A stretch of 62,522 nucleotides of DNA, counting the filler, from Actinomycetota bacterium (lineage in GTDB: Bacteria > Actinomycetota > Acidimicrobiia > IMCC26256 > VFJJ01): assembly GCA_009886115.1 (NCBI GenBank). It is 4 parts of 4 records of this genome, joined end to end, with 100 filler letters (N's around TTAATTAATTAA, not from the genome) between each part and the next. Parts side by side here need not be neighbours in the genome. Positions count along the whole stretch, not along the records: positions 1 to 15,704 come from VFJJ01000131.1; 3 more parts are not named here. The stretch is one strand, 5' to 3'. The first letter of the stretch is position 1. The number at the start of each line of letters is the position of its first letter. Below the pieces are notes generated by a model. It saw only the letters and a program-made list of their open reading frames with translations, was not told where the DNA came from and ran no database searches. Positions 1-9,669 of the stretch are shown one piece after another. The translations under genes were made by a program, and so were the position numbers.

Positions 1-2
1 GG

Positions 3-644
3 GGCGCGACGGGTAGGGACGGCTGCCGTGCGGCGGTCGCGCTCGCAGGCCTGGCGCACGTGGCAGCCGTGCATGTGGTCGTTGACGACGCCCAGCGATT
101 GCATCGCGGCATAGCACGTCGTGGGGCCGAGGAAGCGGAAGCCGAAACGCTTGAGCTCCTTTGCCAGCGCGGTCGACTCTGGTGTCGTCGACGCCAGGTC
201 GCCCATGCGCTCGGGCGCCGGCCGCGCCCGACGGGTCGGCTCGAACGACCACACCAGCGCGGCCAACGAGCCCACCCGGTCCCGGACGGCCAAGGTGGCG
301 CTGGCGTTGGCGATGGCAGCCTCGATCTTTCCCCGATGCCGGACGATCGACGCATCGGCCAGCATCCGTTCGACGTCACGCTCGTCGAAGCAGGCCACCA
401 CCTCCGGGTCGAAGCCGGCGAACGCGCGGCGGAAACCCTCGCGCTTGCGCAGGATCGTCAGCCACGACAAGCCCGATTGGAAGCCTTCGAGGCACAGCTT
501 CTCGTACAGGCGGATGTCGTCGACGGCCGGTCGGCCCCATTCGTCGTCGTGGTACGCGGCGTAGTCGGGCGTCGAGGCACCCCACCCGCAGCGGCGACGA
601 CCGTCATCCCCGGGCACCGTCCCGACATCGTGCCAGTCAGTCAT
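3..644 (-). CDS. tag: DNA-3-methyladenine glycosylase I (runs off left edge; absent from ORF track)
   Basis: Manual translation from ATG at 644 (GGAGG upstream): MTDWHDV...RRRCGWGASTPDYAAYHDDEWGRP...ELKRFGFRFLGPTTCYAAMQSLGVVNDHMHGC, the Tag N- and C-terminal Zn motifs; no stop before the edge. Confidence 0.93.
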   Translation of the reverse strand, partial: MTDWHDVGTVPGDDGRRRCGWGASTPDYAAYHDDEWGRPAVDDIRLYEKLCLEGFQSGLSWLTILRKREGFRRAFAGFDPEVVACFDERDVERMLADASIVRHRGKIEAAIANASATLAVRDRVGSLAALVWSFEPTRRARPAPERMGDLASTTPESTALAKELKRFGFRFLGPTTCYAAMQSLGVVNDHMHGCHVRQACERDRRTAAVPTRRA

Positions 645-818
645 CGAACCTCCGAGGTTGCTTCGCCCCGTGTGCGGTGCGACCGATACCCGGCCGATCA
701 TGCCACCGTCCCGGCCTTGACGCGCTCCGATGGGCGCCCGTTAGGCTCGGCGGTCGATCGGCCGATCGGTCGCCGTCCGGCGACGCGACGACGCCGACAT
801 GCCGACCCGGGGGCAACC

Positions 819-1343
819 GTGGCGTCACAACGACCAGATCCGGCGACGAGGATCGAGATCGAGGACCTGGCGGTCGGGTACGCCCGCGGCACCGATGCCA
901 TCGGAAGCGGCGATCTCGAACGAGGCAAGGCGATCTACCGCACATGCTTCACCGACGACGCTCGCACGACCGTCTACTTCCCGGGCACGCCTTCCGCGGG
1001 CGAACCCGACTTCAGCACCGTCGGAACCGACTCGTGGGCCGACTTCGTCGCCGGCGTGTTCTCGGGCGCGCCCTACACCGCCACCCAGCACCTCATGGGG
1101 AGCTTCTTCGTTCAGCTCGACGGTGACGGAGGCGATGACGGTGGCAACGTCGGCGGCGAGCGTGCCCGGATGGAGTCGTACCTCCACGCCACGCACGTGC
1201 GGACCGACGGGACGGTCGACATCGCCAACGGCACCTACACCGACTCGGTGGTGAAGGTGAACGGCGAGTGGCGCATCGCGGAGCGGACCCTTCATCTCCT
1301 CGAGATGATCACCGTGGGCTCCGTCGTCGCTGCACCCTCGTGA
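819..1343 (+). CDS. SnoaL/NTF2-like domain protein
   Basis: C-terminal part of ORF 60..1343: IEDLAVGYARGTD...TQHLMG...GTYTDSVVKVNGEWRIAER; GTG start at 819 inferred. Confidence 0.8.
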   Translation: MASQRPDPATRIEIEDLAVGYARGTDAIGSGDLERGKAIYRTCFTDDARTTVYFPGTPSAGEPDFSTVGTDSWADFVAGVFSGAPYTATQHLMGSFFVQLDGDGGDDGGNVGGERARMESYLHATHVRTDGTVDIANGTYTDSVVKVNGEWRIAERTLHLLEMITVGSVVAAPS

Positions 1344-1407
1344 CCTCGGTCATCCGGGCGTGGCGCCGGCCGCCCGTCCTCGCCCGCTCCTGACCACCCT
1401 GACCACC

Positions 1408-2226
1408 GTGACCGAACGGATCGTCCCCACCGGGACCGACGTGGTCGACATCCGGGTCACCGATCGGGTGGCCGTCATCACGCTCACCCGACCCGAGCGG
1501 CGCAATGCGCTCCATCCTGACATGTACCCGCCGATCCGCAGTGCGCTACGCGAGTTCGCCGAGGCGACCGATGTCGGCTGCATCGTCGTCACCGGCGCCG
1601 GCGGGGCGTTCTGCGCCGGGGGTGACGTGCGCGAGAGCCGTCCCCGTAACCCGGACGGGACCCGCCCGTCGACGGCCGAGCGCGAGGCCGCCCTGCTGGC
1701 CGACGCTGCGCTCGTGCTCGATCTGTACGACCATCCGAGGTTGACGATCGCCGCCGTGAACGGGCCAGCGGCCGGCGCCGGCCTGTCCCTGGCCCTGGCC
1801 TGCGATCTCCGAATCGCTTCGGCTTCGGCTCGCTTTCTCACCGGATGGGCTCAGTTGGGCTTCAGCGGCGACTTCGGTGGGGCCTGGTTGCTGACCCGCC
1901 TGGTCGGTCCGGCCCGGGCGCTGGAATGGCTGGCGTCTGGGGCGACGATCGGCTCCGACGAGGCACTCTCGGCCGCGGTCGTGAACCGGGTCGTCGCCGA
2001 CGACCTGTTTGCCGAGGCATGGGGCGACTGGGCTCGGGTGTTCGCGCACGGTCCGCAGGTCGCGATCGCCGGCATGAAGCGCAATGTCCGCGACGCGCTC
2101 GCCCTGCCGCTCGCCGAGGCGCTCGCGCCCGAGACGGCGAGGATGGTCGCCTGTTCGGAGACGGCCGACCACAAGGAGGCCGTGCGGGCCTGGATCGATC
2201 GGCGCGAGCCCCGCTTCGGCGGCTGA
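1408..2226 (+). CDS. enoyl-CoA hydratase/isomerase family protein
   Basis: ITLTRPERRNAL, FCAGGD, AAVNGPAAGAGLSLALACDLR. Confidence 0.9.
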   Translation: MTERIVPTGTDVVDIRVTDRVAVITLTRPERRNALHPDMYPPIRSALREFAEATDVGCIVVTGAGGAFCAGGDVRESRPRNPDGTRPSTAEREAALLADAALVLDLYDHPRLTIAAVNGPAAGAGLSLALACDLRIASASARFLTGWAQLGFSGDFGGAWLLTRLVGPARALEWLASGATIGSDEALSAAVVNRVVADDLFAEAWGDWARVFAHGPQVAIAGMKRNVRDALALPLAEALAPETARMVACSETADHKEAVRAWIDRREPRFGG

Positions 2227-2249
2227 GCGCGGCCGAGCGTGTTCCGGCT

Positions 2250-2993
2250 TCAGTCGTCGAAGAGGCGAAGTGGTTGCTCGGCGTCGTGGCGTTGCACGGT
2301 GAAGCGCATCTGCTTGCGCCAGTGCTCCTCGGTCTTTTCGACGTCCCCGGCTTCGACGAGGCGGACGAGCTTGCGATACGAACGCACAGCCCGCCGCATC
2401 ATCGCCTGGTCGGTGTGCCGGACCGACGTCATGTAGTACTGCTGCACCAGCTCGTGCAGGAGCTTGGAGATGGTCGCCAGCGTGGTGTTGCCGCCACGCT
2501 CCACGATCGTCTCGTGCACCAGGGCTGCCGCGAGGGCGAACGCGTGCCGGTCGTCAGCCTCGGCCGCGTCGGAGGCTGCGTCGATGGCACACGTCAACGC
2601 AACGATGTCGTCGTCGGTGTGGCTGGCGGCGAGCGCGGCAGCGAGGCTGGGCGCGATGAGCTGGCGAGCCTCGTCGAGATCGCCGACCGTCGTGCGCCGC
2701 AACTGCAGCAGAACGGCCATGCCTTGGGCGAGGTTCTCGTCGTCGGGCATGGTGACCACCGGGCCACCGCCGCGCCCCCTCCGGATCTCGATCAGGCCTT
2801 GCGATTCGAGGATGCGCAGCGCTTCGCGCAGCGTGGTGCGGGCGATTCCGAAGACAGCGGTGAGCTCCTCCTCGGGAGGAAGTCGCTCGCCAATCGCCAA
2901 CTCTCCGTTGACGATTCGTCTGCGGAGGGTATTGGCCACAACCTCACCCGTCTTGGGTGGGCGCGGCGCTTGTTCATGGTCATGATCGAGCAT
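2250..2993 (-). CDS. GntR/FadR family regulator
   Basis: GERLPPEEEL...FGIARTTLREALRILESQGLI HTH followed by an FCD-like domain. Confidence 0.92.
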   Translation of the reverse strand: MLDHDHEQAPRPPKTGEVVANTLRRRIVNGELAIGERLPPEEELTAVFGIARTTLREALRILESQGLIEIRRGRGGGPVVTMPDDENLAQGMAVLLQLRRTTVGDLDEARQLIAPSLAAALAASHTDDDIVALTCAIDAASDAAEADDRHAFALAAALVHETIVERGGNTTLATISKLLHELVQQYYMTSVRHTDQAMMRRAVRSYRKLVRLVEAGDVEKTEEHWRKQMRFTVQRHDAEQPLRLFDD

Positions 2994-3042
2994 CGATCCT
3001 CGTCGGTCGGCACATCGGTTCGGACGGAGCTGGCGGACGCCC

Positions 3043-4410
3043 TCATGGCAGGTCGGGCAGGTGCCGGGTGGCGAGCACCCCCATCGAGTCGGCCGAGCGG
3101 GCCTGGTCGTACACGACGCGGGTCCAGGCGTAGGGGAGGAGGGCGACGGCGTCGAGTCGGCCGGCGACGACCTCCTGCTCCAGGAGGGCCCGCGCCTCGG
3201 AAATCGATCGCGGTCGCTGGCCCAGGACCGCAGCGGCCGAGCCCAGCTCGGCCTGCTCCGGGCCGTCTCCGAACCGGTCGACGTTGCGCAGGTACTTCAC
3301 GACGCGAGCCACGCCCTTGGCGCGACGCAGTGCGAAGGGATCGCCGATCGCCGGTGTCACGATGAGGCGGAGCTGGGTGAGCACGGCGTCGTAGGCGGCC
3401 GAAGCATCGGTGTCACCGGGCTGCTCGACCACCACGACCGGCAGGTCGACACCGGCCAGGGAGGCTAGCGCCTCCACCGTGAGGCGCGTGTGGAGCGTGC
3501 CGTAGATGAGCCGGTTGCCCAGATCGGCGAGCGGGTCAGGAGGATCGCCGCGACGCTCGGCCGCCAGCACGGCGATGCGGAGCTCGGCGAAGAGGAAGTG
3601 GTAGCGGATGCGTTCGGCGTCGACCCGAAAGCCCCCAGCGGCTTCGTATCCGTGCAGCAGCGCCGCGTAGTCGGGAACGGGCTCCTGGGCGTTCCGGGTG
3701 CCGATCCAGGCCAGGTCTTCCATCGGATCACCCAGATGAGCGAGCTCGAAGTCGAGGATGGCCGTCACCTGGCGACCGTCGTGGAGGAAGTTGCCGGGCC
3801 CGGTGTCGCCCTGCACGAGCGACGGCGGTCCCGCGACGTGAGGTGCCGTGTCTCGCAACCACCCAAAGCACGCTCGGAGGAAGGGCTCGACGCAGCCGCT
3901 CGCGTCGAGCCGATGCTCCCAGGTGTCGAGCTCGGCGATGACGTGCTCGCGAATCGTGCGGACCGGCGCCAGCGAAGGCAGGTGCATGGCGTGCACGTCG
4001 GCCCGGTGCAGTCGCACCAGGATCGGCACGAAGTGCTCGATGACGGCTCGTTGGGCCTCGACCGCCAGTGGGGTGAAGCTCGCCACTCCCGCTGCCTGCT
4101 CCATCAAGACCGCGTCGAGCTCGGGATGTACCGCGACGATCGCTGGTACCGGAATCCCGGCAGCGGCCGCCGCCTGGTAGATCTCGGCCTCTCGGCGCAG
4201 CGTGTACGTCTCGTAGTCGGGCAGCGGCCCGAGATCGGTCCGCAGGAACAACGAGGACGTGCCCGTGCCCTCGGAATCGTCGAGCTCGACGTCCCACGCC
4301 TCGTGCCGTCCACCGCCGGGCCGACGCTGCAGCGACCGCACGGTGGCCCCGGTTGTCAGCTCCACCCAGTCGGTCAGGACGCGCTGGCGACCGTGAGGCT
4401 CGCTGGTCAT
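3043..4410 (-). CDS. APH/choline-kinase-like phosphotransferase family protein
   Basis: LVQGDTGPGNFL and ILDFELAHLGDPMEDLAW motifs. Confidence 0.88.
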   Translation of the reverse strand: MTSEPHGRQRVLTDWVELTTGATVRSLQRRPGGGRHEAWDVELDDSEGTGTSSLFLRTDLGPLPDYETYTLRREAEIYQAAAAAGIPVPAIVAVHPELDAVLMEQAAGVASFTPLAVEAQRAVIEHFVPILVRLHRADVHAMHLPSLAPVRTIREHVIAELDTWEHRLDASGCVEPFLRACFGWLRDTAPHVAGPPSLVQGDTGPGNFLHDGRQVTAILDFELAHLGDPMEDLAWIGTRNAQEPVPDYAALLHGYEAAGGFRVDAERIRYHFLFAELRIAVLAAERRGDPPDPLADLGNRLIYGTLHTRLTVEALASLAGVDLPVVVVEQPGDTDASAAYDAVLTQLRLIVTPAIGDPFALRRAKGVARVVKYLRNVDRFGDGPEQAELGSAAAVLGQRPRSISEARALLEQEVVAGRLDAVALLPYAWTRVVYDQARSADSMGVLATRHLPDLP

Positions 4411-4571
4411 CGTGGGTCCCGTTCTCACTGGTCGGCAGGGGTGTCGATAAAGTAGTGACCTATTTTACCAAGGGCCGACGGCATGGACCAGCGCCGACCG
4501 GGCAGCCCGGCGACACCGGCGACACCGGCCGAGCCGAGCCAACGCCATGGGTTGCCCAACGAGAGGTGAGC

Positions 4572-5756
4572 ATGATGGTCGACGAGCTCCGTACCGCCGT
4601 GCGAGCCTGGCTGGCCGAGCGTTTCGAGGAGCGCGACCCCGCGCTCGACGACGACCGTCTCGACATCATCTCGCGCACGCCCGACGGCCACGATGCCCTG
4701 GTGTCACGGGCCCGTGCGCTGCAGGGAGACCTGGCCCGTGCGGGGTTCGCGGCGGTCGACCTTCCCGAGGAGTACGGAGGCCGGGGCTTGAGCCGGGCCC
4801 ATGCGGCCGCGGTGGCCGACCAACTGAACGCGTTCGCCTCGCCGTCGTTGCGGCCCTTGGCGATCGGGCTCTCCCTGGCCGCTCCCACGATCCTGGCCTT
4901 CGGCACCGAGGAGCAGAAGCGCCGGTTCCTCCCACCCTTGGTCAGCGGCCGTGAGCTGTGGTGCCAACTGTTCTCGGAGCCCGACGCCGGCTCCGATCTG
5001 GTGGCGTTGCGCTGCCAGGCCGTCCTCGACGGCGACTCGTGGATCGTCGATGGCCAAAAGGTGTGGTCGTCGTACGCCAGCGATGCCCAGCTGGGCATGC
5101 TGCTGGTGCGGAGCGATCCGTCGGCAGCGAAGCCCCACGCCGGGATCACCATGCTGGTGCTGAAGATGGACGCTCCTGGGGTCGTGATCCGTCCGCTCGT
5201 CGACATCGCAGGAGGGCGTCACTTCAACGAGGTCTTCCTCGACGGGGTGGTCGTTCCCGCCGGCGACGTGCTCGGCGCCGTCCATGGCGGCTGGCAGGTG
5301 GCGAACGGCACCCTCGGTGGCGAGCGCGGCAAGTATCGCGGGGGGTCCGGAGACGGGCGCCGACGGCGGCAGGTGCTCGATGCCGCGACCCGTGCGGGCG
5401 TCGGGGTGCGGGCCGATCCCTTGTGGCGTCAGCGGATGGTGTCGGTGATCGCCGACGAGCTGATCCTCGACTGGTTGGGGGAGCGGATCGGCGCTGGCGC
5501 CGTGAGCGGGGGGAGCCCGGCGGCCGGGTCGCTGATGAAGACGGCGGCGGGAACCCTCGAGCAGGCCGCGGCCGAGCTCGTCAGCGCGCTCGAGGCGTCC
5601 GGGGGGATGGGCGGGTTGGCCTGGCGTGCAGACGATCGCGATGGCGACGCCGCGGCGCATGCGCTGTGCGCTTCCCGTCAGGCCACGATCGCCGGTGGCA
5701 CCCACCAGATCCAGCGCAACCTCATCGGCGAGCGCCTCCTGGGCCTTCCCCGCTGA
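4572..5756 (+). CDS. acyl-CoA dehydrogenase
   Basis: WCQLFSEPDAGSDL, GQKVWSS, HFNEVFLD, TIAGGTHQIQRNLIGERLLGLPR; GAGGTG RBS before 4572. Confidence 0.93.
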   Translation: MMVDELRTAVRAWLAERFEERDPALDDDRLDIISRTPDGHDALVSRARALQGDLARAGFAAVDLPEEYGGRGLSRAHAAAVADQLNAFASPSLRPLAIGLSLAAPTILAFGTEEQKRRFLPPLVSGRELWCQLFSEPDAGSDLVALRCQAVLDGDSWIVDGQKVWSSYASDAQLGMLLVRSDPSAAKPHAGITMLVLKMDAPGVVIRPLVDIAGGRHFNEVFLDGVVVPAGDVLGAVHGGWQVANGTLGGERGKYRGGSGDGRRRRQVLDAATRAGVGVRADPLWRQRMVSVIADELILDWLGERIGAGAVSGGSPAAGSLMKTAAGTLEQAAAELVSALEASGGMGGLAWRADDRDGDAAAHALCASRQATIAGGTHQIQRNLIGERLLGLPR

Positions 5757-5797
5757 CGGCCCTCACCCGCCTGACGGCCGGCCCCTCCCCGATCTGC

Positions 5798-5843
5798 GTG
5801 CAGAAATCGTCGCCACGCGACGATTTCTGCACAAATTTGGAGG
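5798..5843. repeat. palindromic intergenic element, family A (copy 1)
   Basis: Perfect 16-bp IR gtgcagaaatcgtcgc-cac-gcgacgatttctgcac followed by aaatttggagg, between convergent genes. Confidence 0.85.
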
Positions 5844-6983
5844 TCAGGAGCCGAAGCTGTAGAGGCGGCGGGCGTTGAGCTCGCCGATCATCCGCACCTC
5901 GTCGTCGGGCACGTCGAGCACCGCCTCGGCGAGGACCTTGCGGCTGTTGGGCCAGTTTCCGTCGTTGTGCGGGAAGTCGCTCTCCCACATGAGCTTGTCG
6001 AGACCGATCAGGTGCCGGTTCACGATGGCGTAGCGGTCGGCGACCATGCAGACCCAGAACTGGCGGGCGAACTGCTCGCTGGGGCTGATGTCGCAGTTGA
6101 CACCGTCGTAGCGGCTGCGCTCCCACGTGTAGTCGAGACGCTCCAAGGCGTAGGGGACCCAGCCCGCGCCGCCCTCCGAGAGGGCGATGCGGCAGTTCGG
6201 ATACTTGTTGAGCTGACCCGAGTAGAGGAGGTCGCCCAAGGCGGCCATGGAGTTCACGCCGCACAGCGCGATGCCGATCGACGGGGAGCAGTCGGGCGAG
6301 GGCTGCACGAGCAGGTTCGACGACGTGCCGATGTGCATGTTGATCACGAGCCCGGTGTCGTCGGCCGCCGCGAACACCGGCTCCCACACACCGCTGATGA
6401 ACGAGCCCAACCCGAGCGGCGACGGGTTCTCGGTGAAGGCGATCGCTCGCGAGCCCTTCTCGGCCACCCGGTACATCTCGGCCGCGGCCAGCGCCGGATC
6501 CCACAGCGGCACGATGCTCTGGGGGATGAACCGGTCGGGATAGCTCGCCGTCCACTCGTCGAGCATCCAGTCGTTCCACGCTCGGACGCAGGCCAACGCG
6601 TAGTCCTTGTCGGTCGCCTCGAGGAATCGGGTGCCGGCGAAGCGGGGGAACTGCGGGAACAGCACCTGCGCGGTGACGCCGTCCTCGTCCATGGCCTTGA
6701 CCCGCTCGTGCACGTCGAAGGCCGCGGGGATCATGTCGTCGTAGCAGCGGGAGAAGAGCTCGTTGCCCCGCCCCTCACCGGAGAACCGACGGGTCTGCGA
6801 GTTGCCCTGCAGCATGATCGGCTCGAAGCGGCCTTCCCAGAGCCAGCCCTCGACGCCGGGCTCCTGCTCGACGACCCGGGGCGCCATCTCCCGGTACTTG
6901 GGCTCGATGTGGTCAATGAACGTGTGCGGCGGCTCGACCACATGGTCGTCGACGGAGATCAACTGGGTGTCTGAGCTCAGCAT
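5844..6983 (-). CDS. amidohydrolase_2 family protein
   Basis: ISVDDHVVEP, NMHIG, LMWESDFPH. Confidence 0.9.
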   Translation of the reverse strand: MLSSDTQLISVDDHVVEPPHTFIDHIEPKYREMAPRVVEQEPGVEGWLWEGRFEPIMLQGNSQTRRFSGEGRGNELFSRCYDDMIPAAFDVHERVKAMDEDGVTAQVLFPQFPRFAGTRFLEATDKDYALACVRAWNDWMLDEWTASYPDRFIPQSIVPLWDPALAAAEMYRVAEKGSRAIAFTENPSPLGLGSFISGVWEPVFAAADDTGLVINMHIGTSSNLLVQPSPDCSPSIGIALCGVNSMAALGDLLYSGQLNKYPNCRIALSEGGAGWVPYALERLDYTWERSRYDGVNCDISPSEQFARQFWVCMVADRYAIVNRHLIGLDKLMWESDFPHNDGNWPNSRKVLAEAVLDVPDDEVRMIGELNARRLYSFGS

Positions 6984-7034
6984 GGCGGGCCTTTCGTAAG
7001 CTCGGGCTGCACCGAGATTACCTGGCGACTGCGC

Positions 7035-7862
7035 TCAGTCACCACGGGTCCGGCGCGAAAGCAGCGACTCCTGGCTCACCATGGCGGCGAGGGTCCCGTG
7101 AGCATCGAAGATCGAGCCGTGGTAGAGACCCCGTCCGCCGATGCCCTTGCCCGGGATCAGATCGAGCAGCAACCAGTCGTCGGCCCTGACCCGGTGGTGG
7201 AACCAGACGGCATGGTCGAGGCTGGGGCCGCCGGCCGCGAGAGCGGGGTCGACCAGCCGCCCGAAGCCATGGCCCAGGTCCGAGAGGTACGTGAGCGCGC
7301 ACGCCTGCACCGTCGGATCGTCGGGGAGAGGGCTCGTCGCTCGCACCCACATGCGCGACGACGGCGTGCCCCTGACTCCCGGCTGAGGCGGCTGACCGTC
7401 GACGATGCGGATCTCGGCCGTCCGGTCGACGGGACGCCCCACCAGGCCGTCGGGTCCGGGCACGCCCTCGGGCATGGTCGGCGACAGCTCGGCGAAGGGC
7501 TCGATGCCTTGGAACGATGCGAGCATCGAGAAGATCACCTCGCCCTCCTGGCGGGCCACGACATGACGGGCCGAGAAGGAGCGTCCGTCGCGGTCGCGAT
7601 CGACGTGCAGGATGACCGGACGGTCGAGCCGACCGGGGCGGAGGAAGTACCCGTGCAGCGAATGGGGGAAACGTCCCTCGGGAACCGTCGCCGCAGCCGC
7701 GCTCAGAGCCTGCGCCGCGACCTGGCCGCCGAAGAGCGTGGACCGTTCGTGATCGGCCCGGGCGTGCGTTCCCCGATACAGGTCGCGATCGAGCTCCTCG
7801 AGAGCGAGGAGCGCCGTGAGATCGGTGTGGACGTCGAAGCGCTGCTCGCCGCCGAAGCTCAA
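7035..7862 (-). CDS. acyl-CoA thioesterase II (TesB-like)
   Basis: LFGGQVAAQAL, HSLHGYFLRPG, RDGRSFS, SLDHAVWFH. Confidence 0.9.
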   Translation of the reverse strand: MSFGGEQRFDVHTDLTALLALEELDRDLYRGTHARADHERSTLFGGQVAAQALSAAAATVPEGRFPHSLHGYFLRPGRLDRPVILHVDRDRDGRSFSARHVVARQEGEVIFSMLASFQGIEPFAELSPTMPEGVPGPDGLVGRPVDRTAEIRIVDGQPPQPGVRGTPSSRMWVRATSPLPDDPTVQACALTYLSDLGHGFGRLVDPALAAGGPSLDHAVWFHHRVRADDWLLLDLIPGKGIGGRGLYHGSIFDAHGTLAAMVSQESLLSRRTRGD

Positions 7863-9118
7863 CGGCTACCGGCCGTCTCGTAGCGGGCCCGCCATTCGGC
7901 CCGGGACCGGACGGTCGTGTCGACGTCGGGCGACAGGGCCCGCAACGCCCCGACCGTCGCCTGCTCACGTGGGATGATCGCGAACGGATCGTGGCCGATG
8001 AAGCGGGCGCTGTTGCGCCAGGTGATCTTGTCGATCTCCTCGTCGGTGCACCCGGCGGATTCGAGCTCGCCCATGAGGAACTCGGGGGCCCCGGGCCACA
8101 CCGAGTCGGAGTGGGGGTAGTCGCACTCCCAGGCGATGGTGTCGATCCCGATCTCGTTGCGCAGCTTGAGCGCGGCCGGATCGGAGATGTAGCACGCCAG
8201 GGAGTGCTCACGGAAGATGTCGCTGGGCAGCTTGTCGCCGAAGTCGTGTCCCAGCCACCGCTGGTTGAGATAGTGACGGTCGCAACGGTTGAGGTAGAAG
8301 GGGATCCAGCCGATGCCGCCTTCCGACCAGGCCACCTTGAGGTCGGGGTAGTTGAAGAACGCTCCACCCCACAGAAGGTCCTGCGCTGCGATGGCCGACA
8401 CCTGGGTGGAGAGGATGATCAGGTTGTCGACCGGGGCCAGCGGCGAGGTCTTGATGGCCCCGAAGCCCTGTCCGATGTGGAGGCAGACGACCACACCCTC
8501 CTCCGACACGGCTTGGAAGAACGGACCCCAGTAGTCGAGATCGTGGTAGCTCGGGTAACCCTCGATGTGGGGGAGCTCGGGCATCGTGACGGCCCGGCAA
8601 CCCTTGCGGGCCACCCGGCGCACCTCGGCGGCGAGCGCATCGGGGTCCCACACCGGTCCGAGCGCGAGCGGGAGGAAACGCCCGGGATACTCGGTGCACC
8701 ACTCGTCGATGTGCCAGTCGTTGTAGGCCTGCAACATGATCAGCGCGAGATCCTTGTCGGGCGACTCGCTGAAGAACCGTCCGCTGAAGCCAGCAAAGGA
8801 CGGGAAGCACATCGACGCCAGGATCCCGTTGAAGTTCATGTCGCGCACGCGTTCATGGATGTCGTACGCGCCGGGGCGCATCTCGGCGAACGTCGTGGGA
8901 TCGAAACCCCACTCCTCCTTGGGCCAGCTGACCACAGCGTTGAGGCCGGTCGACTTCGACACCTGGCCCTGGAACGTCCACTGCTCCATGCCGTCGGTGT
9001 CCATGACGAGCTTCGGTGCCTGGTCGCGATACTGCGCCGGGACGTGCCGGTCGAACATGTCGCGCGGCTCGATCACGTGGTCGTCGATGCTGATGAGCAC
9101 CATGTCCTCGACGTTCAT
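7859..9118 (-). CDS. amidohydrolase_2 family protein
   Basis: ISIDDHVIEP, CLHIG, AWECDYPHSD. Confidence 0.9.
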   Translation of the reverse strand: MNVEDMVLISIDDHVIEPRDMFDRHVPAQYRDQAPKLVMDTDGMEQWTFQGQVSKSTGLNAVVSWPKEEWGFDPTTFAEMRPGAYDIHERVRDMNFNGILASMCFPSFAGFSGRFFSESPDKDLALIMLQAYNDWHIDEWCTEYPGRFLPLALGPVWDPDALAAEVRRVARKGCRAVTMPELPHIEGYPSYHDLDYWGPFFQAVSEEGVVVCLHIGQGFGAIKTSPLAPVDNLIILSTQVSAIAAQDLLWGGAFFNYPDLKVAWSEGGIGWIPFYLNRCDRHYLNQRWLGHDFGDKLPSDIFREHSLACYISDPAALKLRNEIGIDTIAWECDYPHSDSVWPGAPEFLMGELESAGCTDEEIDKITWRNSARFIGHDPFAIIPREQATVGALRALSPDVDTTVRSRAEWRARYETAGSR

Positions 9119-9235
9119 CGTGGCCTCCAGCCCCGGTGGGAGCAGCTCGTGTCGATCATGCGCCGGCGATCACCGACGACCTCGACACTATTCCGCAGCA
9201 TCGTGCGGTGACGGTGCTGAAGACCATGTATGACA

Positions 9236-9250
9236 ATATGATCATATAAT
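9236..9250 (+). promoter_or_regulatory. putative -10 box with overlapping palindromic ArsR operator
   Basis: atatgatcatat palindrome (9236-9247) overlapping TATAAT (9245-9250) in an AT-rich patch upstream of arsR-sulP. Confidence 0.6.
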
Positions 9251-9303
9251 AGGATCGTAAATCAATCAGATCCTCATCCATGCGATTGCTGAGGAGGCAC
9301 CAG

Positions 9304-9669
9304 GTGCCCGACCGCGAGCTCGAAGAGGCGCTGCATCGACCGATCTCGGAGCTCAAGGCCGAGTTGTTCAGGGCCTTGGCCCACCCGGCGCGCATCCGGA
9401 TCCTGGAGCTCCTCTCGGCGGGGGACCGGGCGGTCGGCGACATGCAGCCGCTCGTCGGTATCGAGTCGTCGCACCTGTCACAGCAGCTCGGAGTCCTCCG
9501 ACGGGCCGGAGTGGTGATCACGAGGAAGGAAGGGTCATCGGTGATCTACCGCCTCCGCGATCCGGCGATGGCCGATCTGCTCGCAGTGGCCCGGGGCATG
9601 TTGATCCGGACCCTGGCCGAGTCGACGGAGCTCCTGGCCGAGCTCCGGACCGCGGCCGGCGAGCCATGA
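9304..9669 (+). CDS. ArsR/SmtB family regulator
   Basis: KAELFRALAHPARIRILELL...SQQLGVLRRAGVV; GAGGAGG RBS before GTG 9304. Confidence 0.92.
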   Translation: MPDRELEEALHRPISELKAELFRALAHPARIRILELLSAGDRAVGDMQPLVGIESSHLSQQLGVLRRAGVVITRKEGSSVIYRLRDPAMADLLAVARGMLIRTLAESTELLAELRTAAGEP

